Of a stretch of 64,000 bases of DNA, positions 28,477-37,857 are shown in pieces. The notes under the pieces are model-generated. The model saw nothing but the letters and a program-made list of their open reading frames with translations. It ran no database searches and had not been told where the DNA came from. Position 1 is the first letter of the stretch. Each line of letters begins with the position of its first letter. Source of the stretch: an uncultured Myxococcales bacterium (lineage in GTDB: Bacteria; Myxococcota_A; UBA9042); the NCBI GenBank assembly GCA_937910235.1, contig CALENB010000193.1, positions 2,341 through 66,340 on the forward strand, read 5' to 3'. The position numbers were made by a program, and so were the translations under genes.

Positions 28477-29468
28477 CCGCGCCCCCGGTATCCTGCGGGA
28501 TTGGCGCGAAACCAGCGCCACGCCGTGGCGAGAATCTCCGGCACCGCCGTGAGCTTCGGCTCCCAGCCAAGCACCTCGCGCGCACGCGACGCGTCGGCGT
28601 AGAGCACAGGCACGTCACCCGCTCGGCGCGGTGCGTCCCGCACCTCGAATCGCACCCCCGTCACCGCCTGCGTGGCCTCGATCAGCGCGCGCACGGAGAA
28701 CCCTCTGCCCAGCCCGAGGTTCAAGGCCTCGCCCACACCTGGCGCGAGGTGACGCAACGCCAGCGTGTGCGCTCGGACGAGATCGTCCACGTGCAGGTAG
28801 TCCCGCACACACGTGCCGTCGGCCGTCGCGTAGTCCGTGCCATACACCGCGACATGATCGCGTTGACCCAGCGCCGCTTGCATCAGGATTGGCACCAAGT
28901 GCGTCTCCGGGCGATGATCTTCGCCCAACCGACCGCTCTCGTCACATCCGGCGACGTTGAAATAGCGCAGCGACAAGTAGCCAAACGCCGGCGTTGCGGC
29001 GGCGTGGTCCGCGATGAGCCGCTCGATCGCTAGCTTCGTCTGCCCGTATGGGTTCATCGGCCGCTGTGGCGTGTCCTCACGAATCGGCATCACGGTCGGT
29101 TCGCCGTAGGTTGAGCACGTCGACGAAAACACCAGGCGTGTCACGTCGGCTGTGGCCATGGCCTGCAGCAGGGAGATCGCCCCGCCGATGTTGTTGTCCC
29201 AGTATCGCAGCGGCTGTTGCACCGAGTCGCCGACGACGCTGATCGCCGCGAAATGCAGGACCGCCTCGACGTGATGGTCGCGCAGCACCTGCGTCACCGC
29301 GTCGGTCTGCCGCAAGTCGAGGGCCACGAACGACGCCGCGGGGTGCACCGCCGCCCGGTGACCCGTGCACAGATTGTCGAGCGCGACGACGGTGTGGCCG
29401 GCCTCGATGAGCTGCTGAACGGCATGCGAGCCGATGTAACCAGCCCCTCCAGTAACAAGCAGGTGCAT
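28473..29468 (-). CDS. galE: UDP-glucose 4-epimerase
   Basis: Carries VTGGAGYIGSH, STCSTYG, the YGQTK catalytic motif (PYGQTKL) and NVAGCD. Confidence 0.9.
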   Translation of the reverse strand: MHLLVTGGAGYIGSHAVQQLIEAGHTVVALDNLCTGHRAAVHPAASFVALDLRQTDAVTQVLRDHHVEAVLHFAAISVVGDSVQQPLRYWDNNIGGAISLLQAMATADVTRLVFSSTCSTYGEPTVMPIREDTPQRPMNPYGQTKLAIERLIADHAAATPAFGYLSLRYFNVAGCDESGRLGEDHRPETHLVPILMQAALGQRDHVAVYGTDYATADGTCVRDYLHVDDLVRAHTLALRHLAPGVGEALNLGLGRGFSVRALIEATQAVTGVRFEVRDAPRRAGDVPVLYADASRAREVLGWEPKLTAVPEILATAWRWFRANPAGYRGRG

Positions 29469-29650
29469 GGCGTACTCACGGCAGGGGGGGCTGCATCCGG
29501 GCCCGCCGGGAGCGGGGGCGAGACGGGCCGCAGGGGAACGACGAACTGGGACTCAGGGGCACACGGGCCGAGCAGCATAGGCGTGCCGCCAACCCCACAG
29601 CAAGCACACGCGCCGCTCGCGGTGGGTGCAGGATGTGCCCGGCGCGACGC

Positions 29651-30337
29651 TCACGGTGTCGGCGTCACCCACGTGCTGCCCGCCGTGTCGGTCTCTTTCT
29701 TCCAGATCGGGACGGACTTCTTCAGCTCTTCGATGATGTGGCGACAGCCCGCAAAAGCCTCGACGCGATGCGCAGCGCACACGGCGATGTCGACAGCGAC
29801 CTCGCCAATGCCGAGATGCCCAATGCGGTGCAGCACACGCGCGTCGACTAGGCCGTGCAGCGCGATCGCCTCGGCGATGATGCGCTCAAGCTCCTTCTCC
29901 GCCAGCGGCACGTGGGCCTCATAGTCCAGATAGGCGACCTGCTTGCCCTGGCTGTGATCGCGTACGATCCCCGTAAACGTCGCGATCCCGCCAGCGCCAG
30001 CGGTTGTCAGCAAACCGGTAGCCTCGCCGACGCGCACGGCACGCGCCACGACGGCCGCGCGCTGCGGGGCGATCGTCGCGCCCGCCCCGCCGGACACCGG
30101 CGGCAGCACGGCGATCTCGACGCCCGGACGCACCACATCGGACTCGCGGGCGAAGGTGTCGCCCTGCGCCAAGCGGCAGGACTTCAGCAGCTTGGCCAGC
30201 CCGGCGTGTCGGGCGATCAGGCGCAGCCGCAACGCGCTGATCGCCTCATTTGGCACGAAGTTCAACAGCTCGTCGCTCACGCCAGCGGCGTCGCGCGCAG
30301 AGGCGAAATAGCGGATTTGAAGTGGTGCATCGGCCAT
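29651..30337 (-). CDS. Molybdopterin synthase MoaD-MoaE fusion protein
   Basis: N-terminal MoaD-like ubiquitin-fold segment ending in a GG motif (VLPPVSGG). C-terminal MoaE (IVRDHSQGKQVAYLDYEAH...RHIIEELKKSVPIWKKE). Confidence 0.8.
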   Translation of the reverse strand: MADAPLQIRYFASARDAAGVSDELLNFVPNEAISALRLRLIARHAGLAKLLKSCRLAQGDTFARESDVVRPGVEIAVLPPVSGGAGATIAPQRAAVVARAVRVGEATGLLTTAGAGGIATFTGIVRDHSQGKQVAYLDYEAHVPLAEKELERIIAEAIALHGLVDARVLHRIGHLGIGEVAVDIAVCAAHRVEAFAGCRHIIEELKKSVPIWKKETDTAGSTWVTPTP

Positions 30338-30442
30338 GTCGACCTCCTGTCGGTTGTTGGCGCGCTCGGTGGCGCATCCTTCACGCAGTGGCGGCGCATG
30401 TTCACGCTGGCTGTTCAGGCACGAGGCCAGACGGTCAGCCCC

Positions 30443-32776
30443 CTACGTCGTCTGCAGAAAACGGGCCAGCACCTTCTTCACGCCCACGTTTGGAAACTGC
30501 ACCGTCACCCGCGCCAGTTTGCCGTAGCCTGCCACGTCGAGCACCTTGCCGCGCCCAAACGTCTTGTGGCTCACCGTGGCGCCTTTCTGCATCGGGCCAT
30601 CGCGCTGCACGGCCTCGTCGTCTCGCTCCGGCGCCGTCTCCGTCGGCTCGATCACCGTGCCGTCGTCGCGTTGGATCAGGCGCGCCGGTCCTTTCGACCA
30701 CGGGTTCGCGGTCTGCCGCTTGGGGGCGCCCCATTGGCCGCCGACTCGCGCCACGCTGCCGTAGCCACCGCCGCCGCCATAGCCACCACCGCCGTAGCCA
30801 GCGCGTCCACGACCACCGCCTTTCCGCTCAAGCAGGTCCGGTGGCAGCGCGCTCAAGAAGGGCGACGGCGTCTGAAACTCCTGCTCGCCAAACCGCCAGC
30901 GCATTCGCGCGAAGCTCAGATGCATGCGTTTTCGCGCGCGGGTCATCGCCACATACAGCAGGCGCCGCTCTTCTTCTGTGTTGGGCTGCTCAGAGTTGGG
31001 TCGGCCGTGCGGCACGATGCCGTCCTCCAGACCACACACAAACGTGACGTCGTACTCCAGCCCCTTCGCCGCGTGCATGGTCATCATCGAGACCACGTCG
31101 CGATCGCTGTTCAGTCGATCTACGTCGGTGACCAGCGCGACCTGCTCCAGGTAGCCCGCCAGCGTCGGCTCGGGCGCGCTCTGGGCGTGATCGCTCATCG
31201 CCGAGAGCAGCTGCACCAGGTTCTCCAAACGCGACTGATTCTCGAGCGACTCGTCCTTCTCCAAGGCGTCTTTCAGCCCACTCAGGTTGAGGATCAGCGT
31301 GCCAGCCTTGTCCGCCTTCATGCCGTCGATCGTCCGCCGCATCCGCGCGATCACCTCCACAAACACCGAGAGCTTGTCCTTGCCGCGGAACGTCTCGGCG
31401 CTCGTCACCATGCGCCGCGCCGCCTCCGGGACCGACACACCCTGGTCGGCAGCGACCGCCTCGACCCGGGCCACCGTCGTCTTGCCCACCCCGCGCCGCG
31501 GTGTGTTGATCGCACGCAGCCACGAGGCTGTGTCGTCGGGGTTGAGCACCAAGCGGCAGTAGGCCAGCAGGTCTTTGACCTCTGCGCGCTCGTAAAATCG
31601 CAGCCCGCCGATCAAGACGTAGGGCAACCGAAACCGGCTCAGCGCCTCTTCGAGCACGCGGGACTGTGCGTTGGTCCGGTAGAAGATCGCGACTTCGTTC
31701 AGCGACACATCAGCGCGCATCGCCTCGATCTGGCGCGCGATCCAATCCGCTTCGTCGTTGTCGGTGTTGGCCTCGTGCAACGCGATTTTGTCGCCCCCGC
31801 TCGTCGCCGTCCACAAGGTCTTGTCGTGGCGCGTGCGGTTCTGACTCACCAGCGCCGCGCTCGCCGCCAAGATCACCTCGGTCGAGCGGTAGTTCTGCTC
31901 CAGCTTCACCACCGTCGCCGCCGGAAACACCTTCGGGAAATCGAGGATGTTTCGCACCTGAGCGCCGCGCCACGAGTAGATGCTCTGATCGTCATCGCCG
32001 ACCACGCAGAGGTTGCCATGCGCGCTCGTCAGCAGCCGCAGCAGCTCGTACTGGGCGTGATTGGTGTCCTGAAATTCGTCGACCAAGACGTAGCGAAAAC
32101 GCCCGGCCCAGTGCTCTCGCAGCGCCGGCTCGTTGGTCAGCACCTGCACCGGGCGCATGAGCAGATCACCGAAGTCGACGGCGTCTGCGCGCCGCATCTC
32201 CGCCTCGTAGCGCGCGTAGATGTCTGCGCAGCGACGCTCGACCGCGTCACCCTTCGGCAGCGCCTCGTCGCTCGGCAGCTGCAGGCTGTTCTTGGCGCGG
32301 TCCATGTAGCTCGCCACCGTCCGCGGTCGCAGCTGCTTTGGGTCGATGTCCAGCGCCGCCATCGATCGCTTGATCATGCGCTCGGAGTCGTCCCGATCGT
32401 AGATGCCAAAGCTGCTCGCCAGCCCCGCGTGTTTGCCGAAGCTGCGCAGCAGGCGCACCCCGATGCGGTGAAAGGTGCCGAGCCAAAGATCAGCGGCGTC
32501 CGCGCCCAGCAGCGCCTCGATCCGGTGGCGCATCTCGCCCGCGGCCTTGTTCGAGAACGTCACGGCGAGGATCTGCCAAGGTTTCACACCGCAGCGTTGC
32601 ACCAAATAGGCGATGCGATGCGTGATCACCCGTGTCTTGCCCGAGCCCGCCCCGGCTAGCACCAGCAGCGGTCCTTCGGTCGTCACCACCGCGCGGGCCT
32701 GCTCTGCGTTCAGCCCCATCACCAGCGGATCTTCTTCGAGGGCAGGGCGGTCAGCGTTGAAAAGGTCGAAGTTCAT
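30443..32776 (-). CDS. ATP-dependent DNA helicase, UvrD/PcrA family
   Basis: Walker A (LVLAGAGSGKTRVITHRIAYL), SF1 helicase motifs (VLVDEFQDTN, TVHAAKGLEYD...) and a C-terminal Tudor-like UvrD_C tail. A Gly/Tyr-rich insert precedes the tail. The likely start is MNFDLF at 32776. The maximal ORF runs to 32821. Confidence 0.88.
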   Translation of the reverse strand: MNFDLFNADRPALEEDPLVMGLNAEQARAVVTTEGPLLVLAGAGSGKTRVITHRIAYLVQRCGVKPWQILAVTFSNKAAGEMRHRIEALLGADAADLWLGTFHRIGVRLLRSFGKHAGLASSFGIYDRDDSERMIKRSMAALDIDPKQLRPRTVASYMDRAKNSLQLPSDEALPKGDAVERRCADIYARYEAEMRRADAVDFGDLLMRPVQVLTNEPALREHWAGRFRYVLVDEFQDTNHAQYELLRLLTSAHGNLCVVGDDDQSIYSWRGAQVRNILDFPKVFPAATVVKLEQNYRSTEVILAASAALVSQNRTRHDKTLWTATSGGDKIALHEANTDNDEADWIARQIEAMRADVSLNEVAIFYRTNAQSRVLEEALSRFRLPYVLIGGLRFYERAEVKDLLAYCRLVLNPDDTASWLRAINTPRRGVGKTTVARVEAVAADQGVSVPEAARRMVTSAETFRGKDKLSVFVEVIARMRRTIDGMKADKAGTLILNLSGLKDALEKDESLENQSRLENLVQLLSAMSDHAQSAPEPTLAGYLEQVALVTDVDRLNSDRDVVSMMTMHAAKGLEYDVTFVCGLEDGIVPHGRPNSEQPNTEEERRLLYVAMTRARKRMHLSFARMRWRFGEQEFQTPSPFLSALPPDLLERKGGGRGRAGYGGGGYGGGGGYGSVARVGGQWGAPKRQTANPWSKGPARLIQRDDGTVIEPTETAPERDDEAVQRDGPMQKGATVSHKTFGRGKVLDVAGYGKLARVTVQFPNVGVKKVLARFLQTT

Positions 32777-32946
32777 GGCCGCGCAGGCAAGCACAATCCT
32801 TGAGGTGCGACAAGCGCTCATCGGACACGCACTGACTCACGACCCGCGCGTCGGTCCTGTTCGCGCTGCGCCGCTGTCCGCTCCCAGTCGCCGATGGGCC
32901 GCTTCCCCTTTGGCGCGCTCGTCGCCACACTGCCGGCCGAACCCAG

Positions 32947-33843
32947 ATGGAGGATCACGCAATGAGCGCCCTAGAGTCAGGCCCCAGCGCGGCGCCAGCC
33001 CACGACAGCCTCAACGACAAGCTGCAGCGCTTTGTGCAGGACGTCATCGTCGCCCCGTGGGGCCGGATCGACGCGCACTATCGCGACCAGCGGGTCGGTA
33101 ACGTGTCTGCGCGATCCGCGGCGTTCATCACCGTGATCACGACCTGTCTGATGTTGGTGTTTCTGCGCTTCATCGTCATGGATCGCACCGTTCAGGCCGC
33201 GTTTGCCTCGACGCTGTGCGAGCTCGGCGGCGGCCTGTTTGGCGACGGCGTGCAGCAGCTGATGTATCGCTACCACCGCCTCATGGTGAACATCTCCTGG
33301 GTCATGGGCTGCTTCTTCTGCTACTTCGTCATCCCGAGCCTAGTGGTCCGCCAAGTGTTCGGCATGACGCTGTCGGAGTTCTATCTCAAGCCGCGTGACT
33401 ACGTGCGCCACCTGCCCATCTACGGCCTGCTCTTTCTGCCGGTTGGCTTGCTCATCCTCGTGTTCGCGCATTCGCCCGACTTCGCCATGCAGTATCCGTT
33501 CTACAAGAACCAACAGGGCTGGACCGATCTGCTGATCTGGGAGGCGGCGTACGGCGTGCAGTTCTTCGCGTTGGAGTTCTTTTTCCGGGGATTTTTGCTG
33601 CGTGGCCTCGCCGCCGAGATGGGATCGATGGCGGTCCTCGTCATGGTGATCCCGTACTGCATGATTCACTATGGCAAGCCGCTGCCCGAGTGCCTCGGCA
33701 GCATCATCGCGGGGCTGACGTTGGGCGTCTTGGCCATGGACACACGCAGCATCTGGGGCGGCGTGACCATCCACGTCGCCGTCGCCTGGGGGATGGATTT
33801 TGCGGCGCTTTCGCAGAAGGGTGTGCTCGAGCAACTCAACTGA
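32947..33843 (+). CDS. CPBP-family intramembrane metalloprotease (CAAX protease / Abi family)
   Basis: Polytopic membrane protein with the EExxxR motif (ALEFFFRGFLLRG), FxxxH (MIHYG) and the second conserved His (VTIHVAVAWGMD). Confidence 0.75.
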   Translation: MEDHAMSALESGPSAAPAHDSLNDKLQRFVQDVIVAPWGRIDAHYRDQRVGNVSARSAAFITVITTCLMLVFLRFIVMDRTVQAAFASTLCELGGGLFGDGVQQLMYRYHRLMVNISWVMGCFFCYFVIPSLVVRQVFGMTLSEFYLKPRDYVRHLPIYGLLFLPVGLLILVFAHSPDFAMQYPFYKNQQGWTDLLIWEAAYGVQFFALEFFFRGFLLRGLAAEMGSMAVLVMVIPYCMIHYGKPLPECLGSIIAGLTLGVLAMDTRSIWGGVTIHVAVAWGMDFAALSQKGVLEQLN

Positions 33844-33988
33844 CGCGGGCTCATTCCCGCCTCGCCAGCGCTGGAGATCTGGGGTAGCTTGACCCCAGCG
33901 GTCGCCCGGATGACGCTGCGACGCTGTTCTCTGAGGGCCACAGGCCCCACCGCGACACTCATCGACCGTTCACTGCCCCGGAGGCCCC

Positions 33989-35386
33989 GTGAGCACAGAC
34001 CTACTCTCCACCGCAGTGACCCTCCGCCGGTGCAAGCTGCTCCGCGTCGCCGTCGATGGCTCCGTGGCCGAGTACATCTTCGACCAACACCGCGTCACGC
34101 TTGGGTCCAACGACGACAACGATCTCGTCATTGACGACGATCAGGTCAGCGCCGATCACGCCCGCATCTTTCAGGATGGCGACGACTTCCTGGTCGAAGA
34201 CTTGGGCAGCACCAACGGCACCTACGTCAACAACGTCCGCATCCGCGTCGCGTATCTCAAGAGCGGCTGCTCCATTCGGCTCGGCAGCACGCAGCTGCGC
34301 TTCTCCATCCTGAGTCAGCGCGTTGAGATCATGCCGAGTCAGCGTCAATCACTCGGTCCGATCGTCGGCAAGTCAGAGCGAATGCGCCGACTTTTCGGCG
34401 TGATCGAGAAGATCGCCCCGACCGCCGTGACCGTCGTGCTCGAGGGCGAGACCGGCACAGGCAAAGAGGTCGTGGCGCGCACGGTGCATCAGTATTCGAG
34501 CCGGGCGAACAAGACCTTCATCGTCTTCGACTGCGGCGCGGTTCAGCAGAACCTCATCGAATCTGAGCTGTTTGGTCACGAGAAGGGCTCGTTCACCGGC
34601 GCGCTGGCGGGTCGCCAGGGGCTGTTTGAGATGGCCCACGGCGGCACGATCTTTCTCGACGAGATTGGGGAGCTGGCGCTCGATCTGCAGCCCAAGCTGC
34701 TCCGCGCGTTGGAGCAGCGTGAGATTCGGCGGGTCGGCGGCAATCGCCCCATCAAGATCGACGTCCGGATCATCGCCGCGACCAACCGCAAGCTCGAAGA
34801 TGAGGTGGCGGCCGGGCGGTTTCGCGAAGACCTGTTCTATCGCCTCAGCGTGGTGCGCTTGACGCTGCCACCGCTGCGCGAGCGCCGCGAAGACGTGCCG
34901 TTGCTGGTGCGACACATTCTCAAAACAGGCAGCTTTAATCGGCTCGCAGACGGTCAGCGGGTTAAGGGCGTGGCCACCGACGCGCTCGAGGGGCTGATGC
35001 GCTACGAGTGGCCTGGCAACGTGCGGGAGCTCGCAAACGTCGTCGAGCGCGCGTGCAGTTTTGCTGACGGTGAGTTCGTCCAGCTTGAAGATCTCCCGGA
35101 TCGCATCGCCGGTGTTCGAGTGAGCCAGCGCAAGGGCGCCAAGCAGGCCACGGAGCCGCTGCGCGCGCCGGCGACGCCGGTCCACGCCGATCGCACGTTC
35201 AAGTTGGCGAAAGAGTCCTGGTTGGCCACGTTCGAGCGCGAGTACCTCGACACGCTGCTGACCAAGCATTCGGGCAACCTCAGCCAGGCGGCGCGGGAGG
35301 CTGACGTCGATCGCAAGCACTTTCGCCGGTTGGCCAGAAAGTACGACCTCGTCGCTGGCCCCGAAAAATCAGAAACCGATGATTGA
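33989..35386 (+). CDS. Sigma-54-dependent transcriptional activator with an N-terminal FHA domain
   Basis: FHA domain ([25 protein letters not shown]...[10 protein letters not shown]). AAA+ sigma-54 activation domain ([21 protein letters not shown] variant of GAFTGA in [27 protein letters not shown]). C-terminal HTH. Confidence 0.88.
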   Translation: MSTDLLSTAVTLRRCKLLRVAVDGSVAEYIFDQHRVTLGSNDDNDLVIDDDQVSADHARIFQDGDDFLVEDLGSTNGTYVNNVRIRVAYLKSGCSIRLGSTQLRFSILSQRVEIMPSQRQSLGPIVGKSERMRRLFGVIEKIAPTAVTVVLEGETGTGKEVVARTVHQYSSRANKTFIVFDCGAVQQNLIESELFGHEKGSFTGALAGRQGLFEMAHGGTIFLDEIGELALDLQPKLLRALEQREIRRVGGNRPIKIDVRIIAATNRKLEDEVAAGRFREDLFYRLSVVRLTLPPLRERREDVPLLVRHILKTGSFNRLADGQRVKGVATDALEGLMRYEWPGNVRELANVVERACSFADGEFVQLEDLPDRIAGVRVSQRKGAKQATEPLRAPATPVHADRTFKLAKESWLATFEREYLDTLLTKHSGNLSQAAREADVDRKHFRRLARKYDLVAGPEKSETDD

Positions 35387-35426
35387 GCGTCAACCGGCTG
35401 TTCGTTAACCAAGCGTTAGACGTGTC

Positions 35427-37679
35427 GTGATCTGCACCATGCCCACCCAGCAACCCACCCCGCCAATCGAGCCCTCCAGCCGCCGCCGCACCTGGCTCGA
35501 CCATGGCGTGGGTTTGGCGCTGTTTGTTGGCAGTCTGCTGACCCTGGTTTCCACCAACGACATGGGGTTTGTGCGCGACGAGGCCTTCTATTTCCGCCAC
35601 GCCGAGACCTACCAGGACTGGTTTGTCGACGTCGAAGCGGGCGGTGAGTCCAGGACCAGCGCCCTGCGCCGAGACCAGCTCCTCACCACGTGGCGCAACA
35701 ACGCGGAACATCCGCCGCTCGACAAGATCTTGTTCGGCTGGTCGTGGCGGCTCTTCGGCCGCAAATTGCGGCCCGCCAGCGGCCTGAGCATCGACAAGGC
35801 ACAGCTGCAGGTCCGAATCTCCGGCCTGGGCGCGTCGCACGGCTTCGCGAAGGACGCCCGGGTGCGCCTGTTGCGACCGCAGCTGGTGGGACAAGATCCC
35901 GATCCTGACCGGCGTGTCCTGGCCTCTGGCGTGGTCACCGATCGCACGCGGTGGGGCGCGACGGTGACGCTGAACACCGCCGGCGCGCCGACCCTGGCCC
36001 CCGGCGTGGCCCCGGGCATGCAGTTGGCCGCCAAACTCAAGCGGCTGCAGGCCATCTGCCAAGGTGCCGGCCCCGACGCCGGCGCTAGCGACGGTCCCGT
36101 GATCCGCCGCACCGGATGCGAAGCGCTGGAGGAGCGTGCCGCCTACGTCCTGAGCGAGTCTGAGGCCATGCGCGCGCCCGGCGCCTTGTTCGCGGCGCTA
36201 TTGGTGTGGCTGATGTGGCTCACCGCCCGCGGCTTCTTCTGGAGCGCGGGTGGCCGGCAACCTCTCATGGGCCGCCCCTTCGCAGCGCTCGCCGCCGTCG
36301 GTTTCCTGCTCCTGCCGCGCGCGTTTTACCACGCGCACTTGGCGTGTTTTGACATGACCATCGTCACGCTGCTCTTCGCGACGACGGTCGGGTATCACGC
36401 CTCGCTGCGTCGTCGGCGCTGGATCGGGCCGGTGGCCGTGCTCTGGGGCCTGTCTCTGCTAGCGAAACACAACGCCTTGGTGTTGCCCGGCGCGCTAATG
36501 GTGCACTGGCTCTGGGACGCCGCCGCCGAGGGCCGCCTGCAACTCTGCGCCCCAAACGGCGGCCCGCTGCGACCCACGCGCGACGCGCTGATGTGGCTCG
36601 GTGGCGCCTTGGTGCTGGCCCTCGCCGCGGCGACGCTCTCCAAGCTGCTCGCCCTCGCCGTCCTTCTCGCGGGTCTCGCCAAGGTCGCTCGGGTGCAGCT
36701 GCCGCCGATGCCCACGGCGTGGTTCGCCATGCTCCCCGTCGGCTTTGTGGTGTTGATCGTGGGCTGGCCGCTGCTGTGGGTCGATACGCTCGACAATTTC
36801 CTCAAATGGATGGAGTTCCACCTGCATCACGAGCACTACATGCAGGTCTATTTCGGCCGTGTGCTGGCCTACCCGCCGTTCCCGTTCGCCATGCCGTGGC
36901 TGCTCACCGCCCTCACCTGGCCGCTGACGCTGCTCCTACCGGCGGTCGCTGGGTTCGCCGCGGGTGTCGGGCGCGAGGCAGCTTGGCTCGTGAGGCGACC
37001 CACACACGGCCCGCAAACTGGCGCTGATAGCGCCGCCGCCCGCAGCTTCAATCGGCTGTGCCTCATGAGCGCGGTCTGGCCCGTGCTGCTGATCGCCATC
37101 CCGAGCACGCCCGTCTTTGGTGGCACCAAACATTGGTTTCTCGCCTACCCGTTCTTGCTCTTGCTCGCGGCGCGGACGTTGGAGTCCGCCTGGCAGGCGA
37201 CCCTGGCGCAGCGGTTGCCGCGCGGGCAGGCCGTCGTCGCGGCGTGGCTCCTTGTGCTGCTCGTCGGCGCACCCGCGGCGAAGGCGACGTGGGATGTGCA
37301 CCCCCATGGTACGGCCTACTACAACGAGCTGATCGGCGGCGTGCCGGGCGCCGCTCGCGCCGGGATGCAGCGACAGTTTTGGGGCGGCGCGACGCGGGAT
37401 GGCCTCGAGCAGATCAACCGTCGCGCCAAGAAACACGCGCGGGTCTGGTTCCATAACAGCGCCTGGGGCGCGTATCGCATGTATCAGCGCGAGGGTTGGC
37501 TGCGGCGAGACCTGTCGTACAGCGGCGACCCCAAGGACGCCAGCTACGGCTTTTTCCACCATCAGCGGGCCCACGACGACTATGAGCTGGAGTGCATGAG
37601 CGCCTTCAACACGGCGACGCCGATTCAGCAGGTCCACATCGAGGGGGTCCCGATCTTGTCCGTCTACAAACGACGCTAG
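35427..37679 (+). CDS. Polytopic membrane protein, GT-C-fold glycosyltransferase-like (ArnT/PMT family-like)
   Basis: First loop has DE-x-xY (VRDEAFYFRHAETY), typical of the GT39/GT83 families. A soluble insert follows, then about 10 more TM helices. 750 aa. Confidence 0.55.
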   Translation: MICTMPTQQPTPPIEPSSRRRTWLDHGVGLALFVGSLLTLVSTNDMGFVRDEAFYFRHAETYQDWFVDVEAGGESRTSALRRDQLLTTWRNNAEHPPLDKILFGWSWRLFGRKLRPASGLSIDKAQLQVRISGLGASHGFAKDARVRLLRPQLVGQDPDPDRRVLASGVVTDRTRWGATVTLNTAGAPTLAPGVAPGMQLAAKLKRLQAICQGAGPDAGASDGPVIRRTGCEALEERAAYVLSESEAMRAPGALFAALLVWLMWLTARGFFWSAGGRQPLMGRPFAALAAVGFLLLPRAFYHAHLACFDMTIVTLLFATTVGYHASLRRRRWIGPVAVLWGLSLLAKHNALVLPGALMVHWLWDAAAEGRLQLCAPNGGPLRPTRDALMWLGGALVLALAAATLSKLLALAVLLAGLAKVARVQLPPMPTAWFAMLPVGFVVLIVGWPLLWVDTLDNFLKWMEFHLHHEHYMQVYFGRVLAYPPFPFAMPWLLTALTWPLTLLLPAVAGFAAGVGREAAWLVRRPTHGPQTGADSAAARSFNRLCLMSAVWPVLLIAIPSTPVFGGTKHWFLAYPFLLLLAARTLESAWQATLAQRLPRGQAVVAAWLLVLLVGAPAAKATWDVHPHGTAYYNELIGGVPGAARAGMQRQFWGGATRDGLEQINRRAKKHARVWFHNSAWGAYRMYQREGWLRRDLSYSGDPKDASYGFFHHQRAHDDYELECMSAFNTATPIQQVHIEGVPILSVYKRR

Positions 37680-37857
37680 TTCTATGACGATTGCCCCTTC
37701 CGCTTCACCGGTCGCTTCTCTACACTGCGCGCCCCGTCGGTCTGGCGCGGCGTCGCTCCCCACAGCGTTGGTTCATCGACCACGCCGTCGATCCTCGGGC
37801 AGCGGCCCCGCTAGTGACCCGGATTCCTGCCTTTTGGCCGCCCTTGGAGCTCCTACG

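Noticed and set aside
29855-32659. 934-aa ORF on the + strand
   Set aside because: It is antisense to the well-supported UvrD/PcrA helicase gene. Its translation is low-complexity and Arg/Ala-rich. This is a typical GC-rich shadow ORF.
33877-33898. Hairpin CTGGGGtagcttgaCCCCAG right after the CPBP gene stop
   Set aside because: It has a 6-bp stem but no U-tract. It could be a Rho-independent-like terminator, but the evidence is too weak to call.
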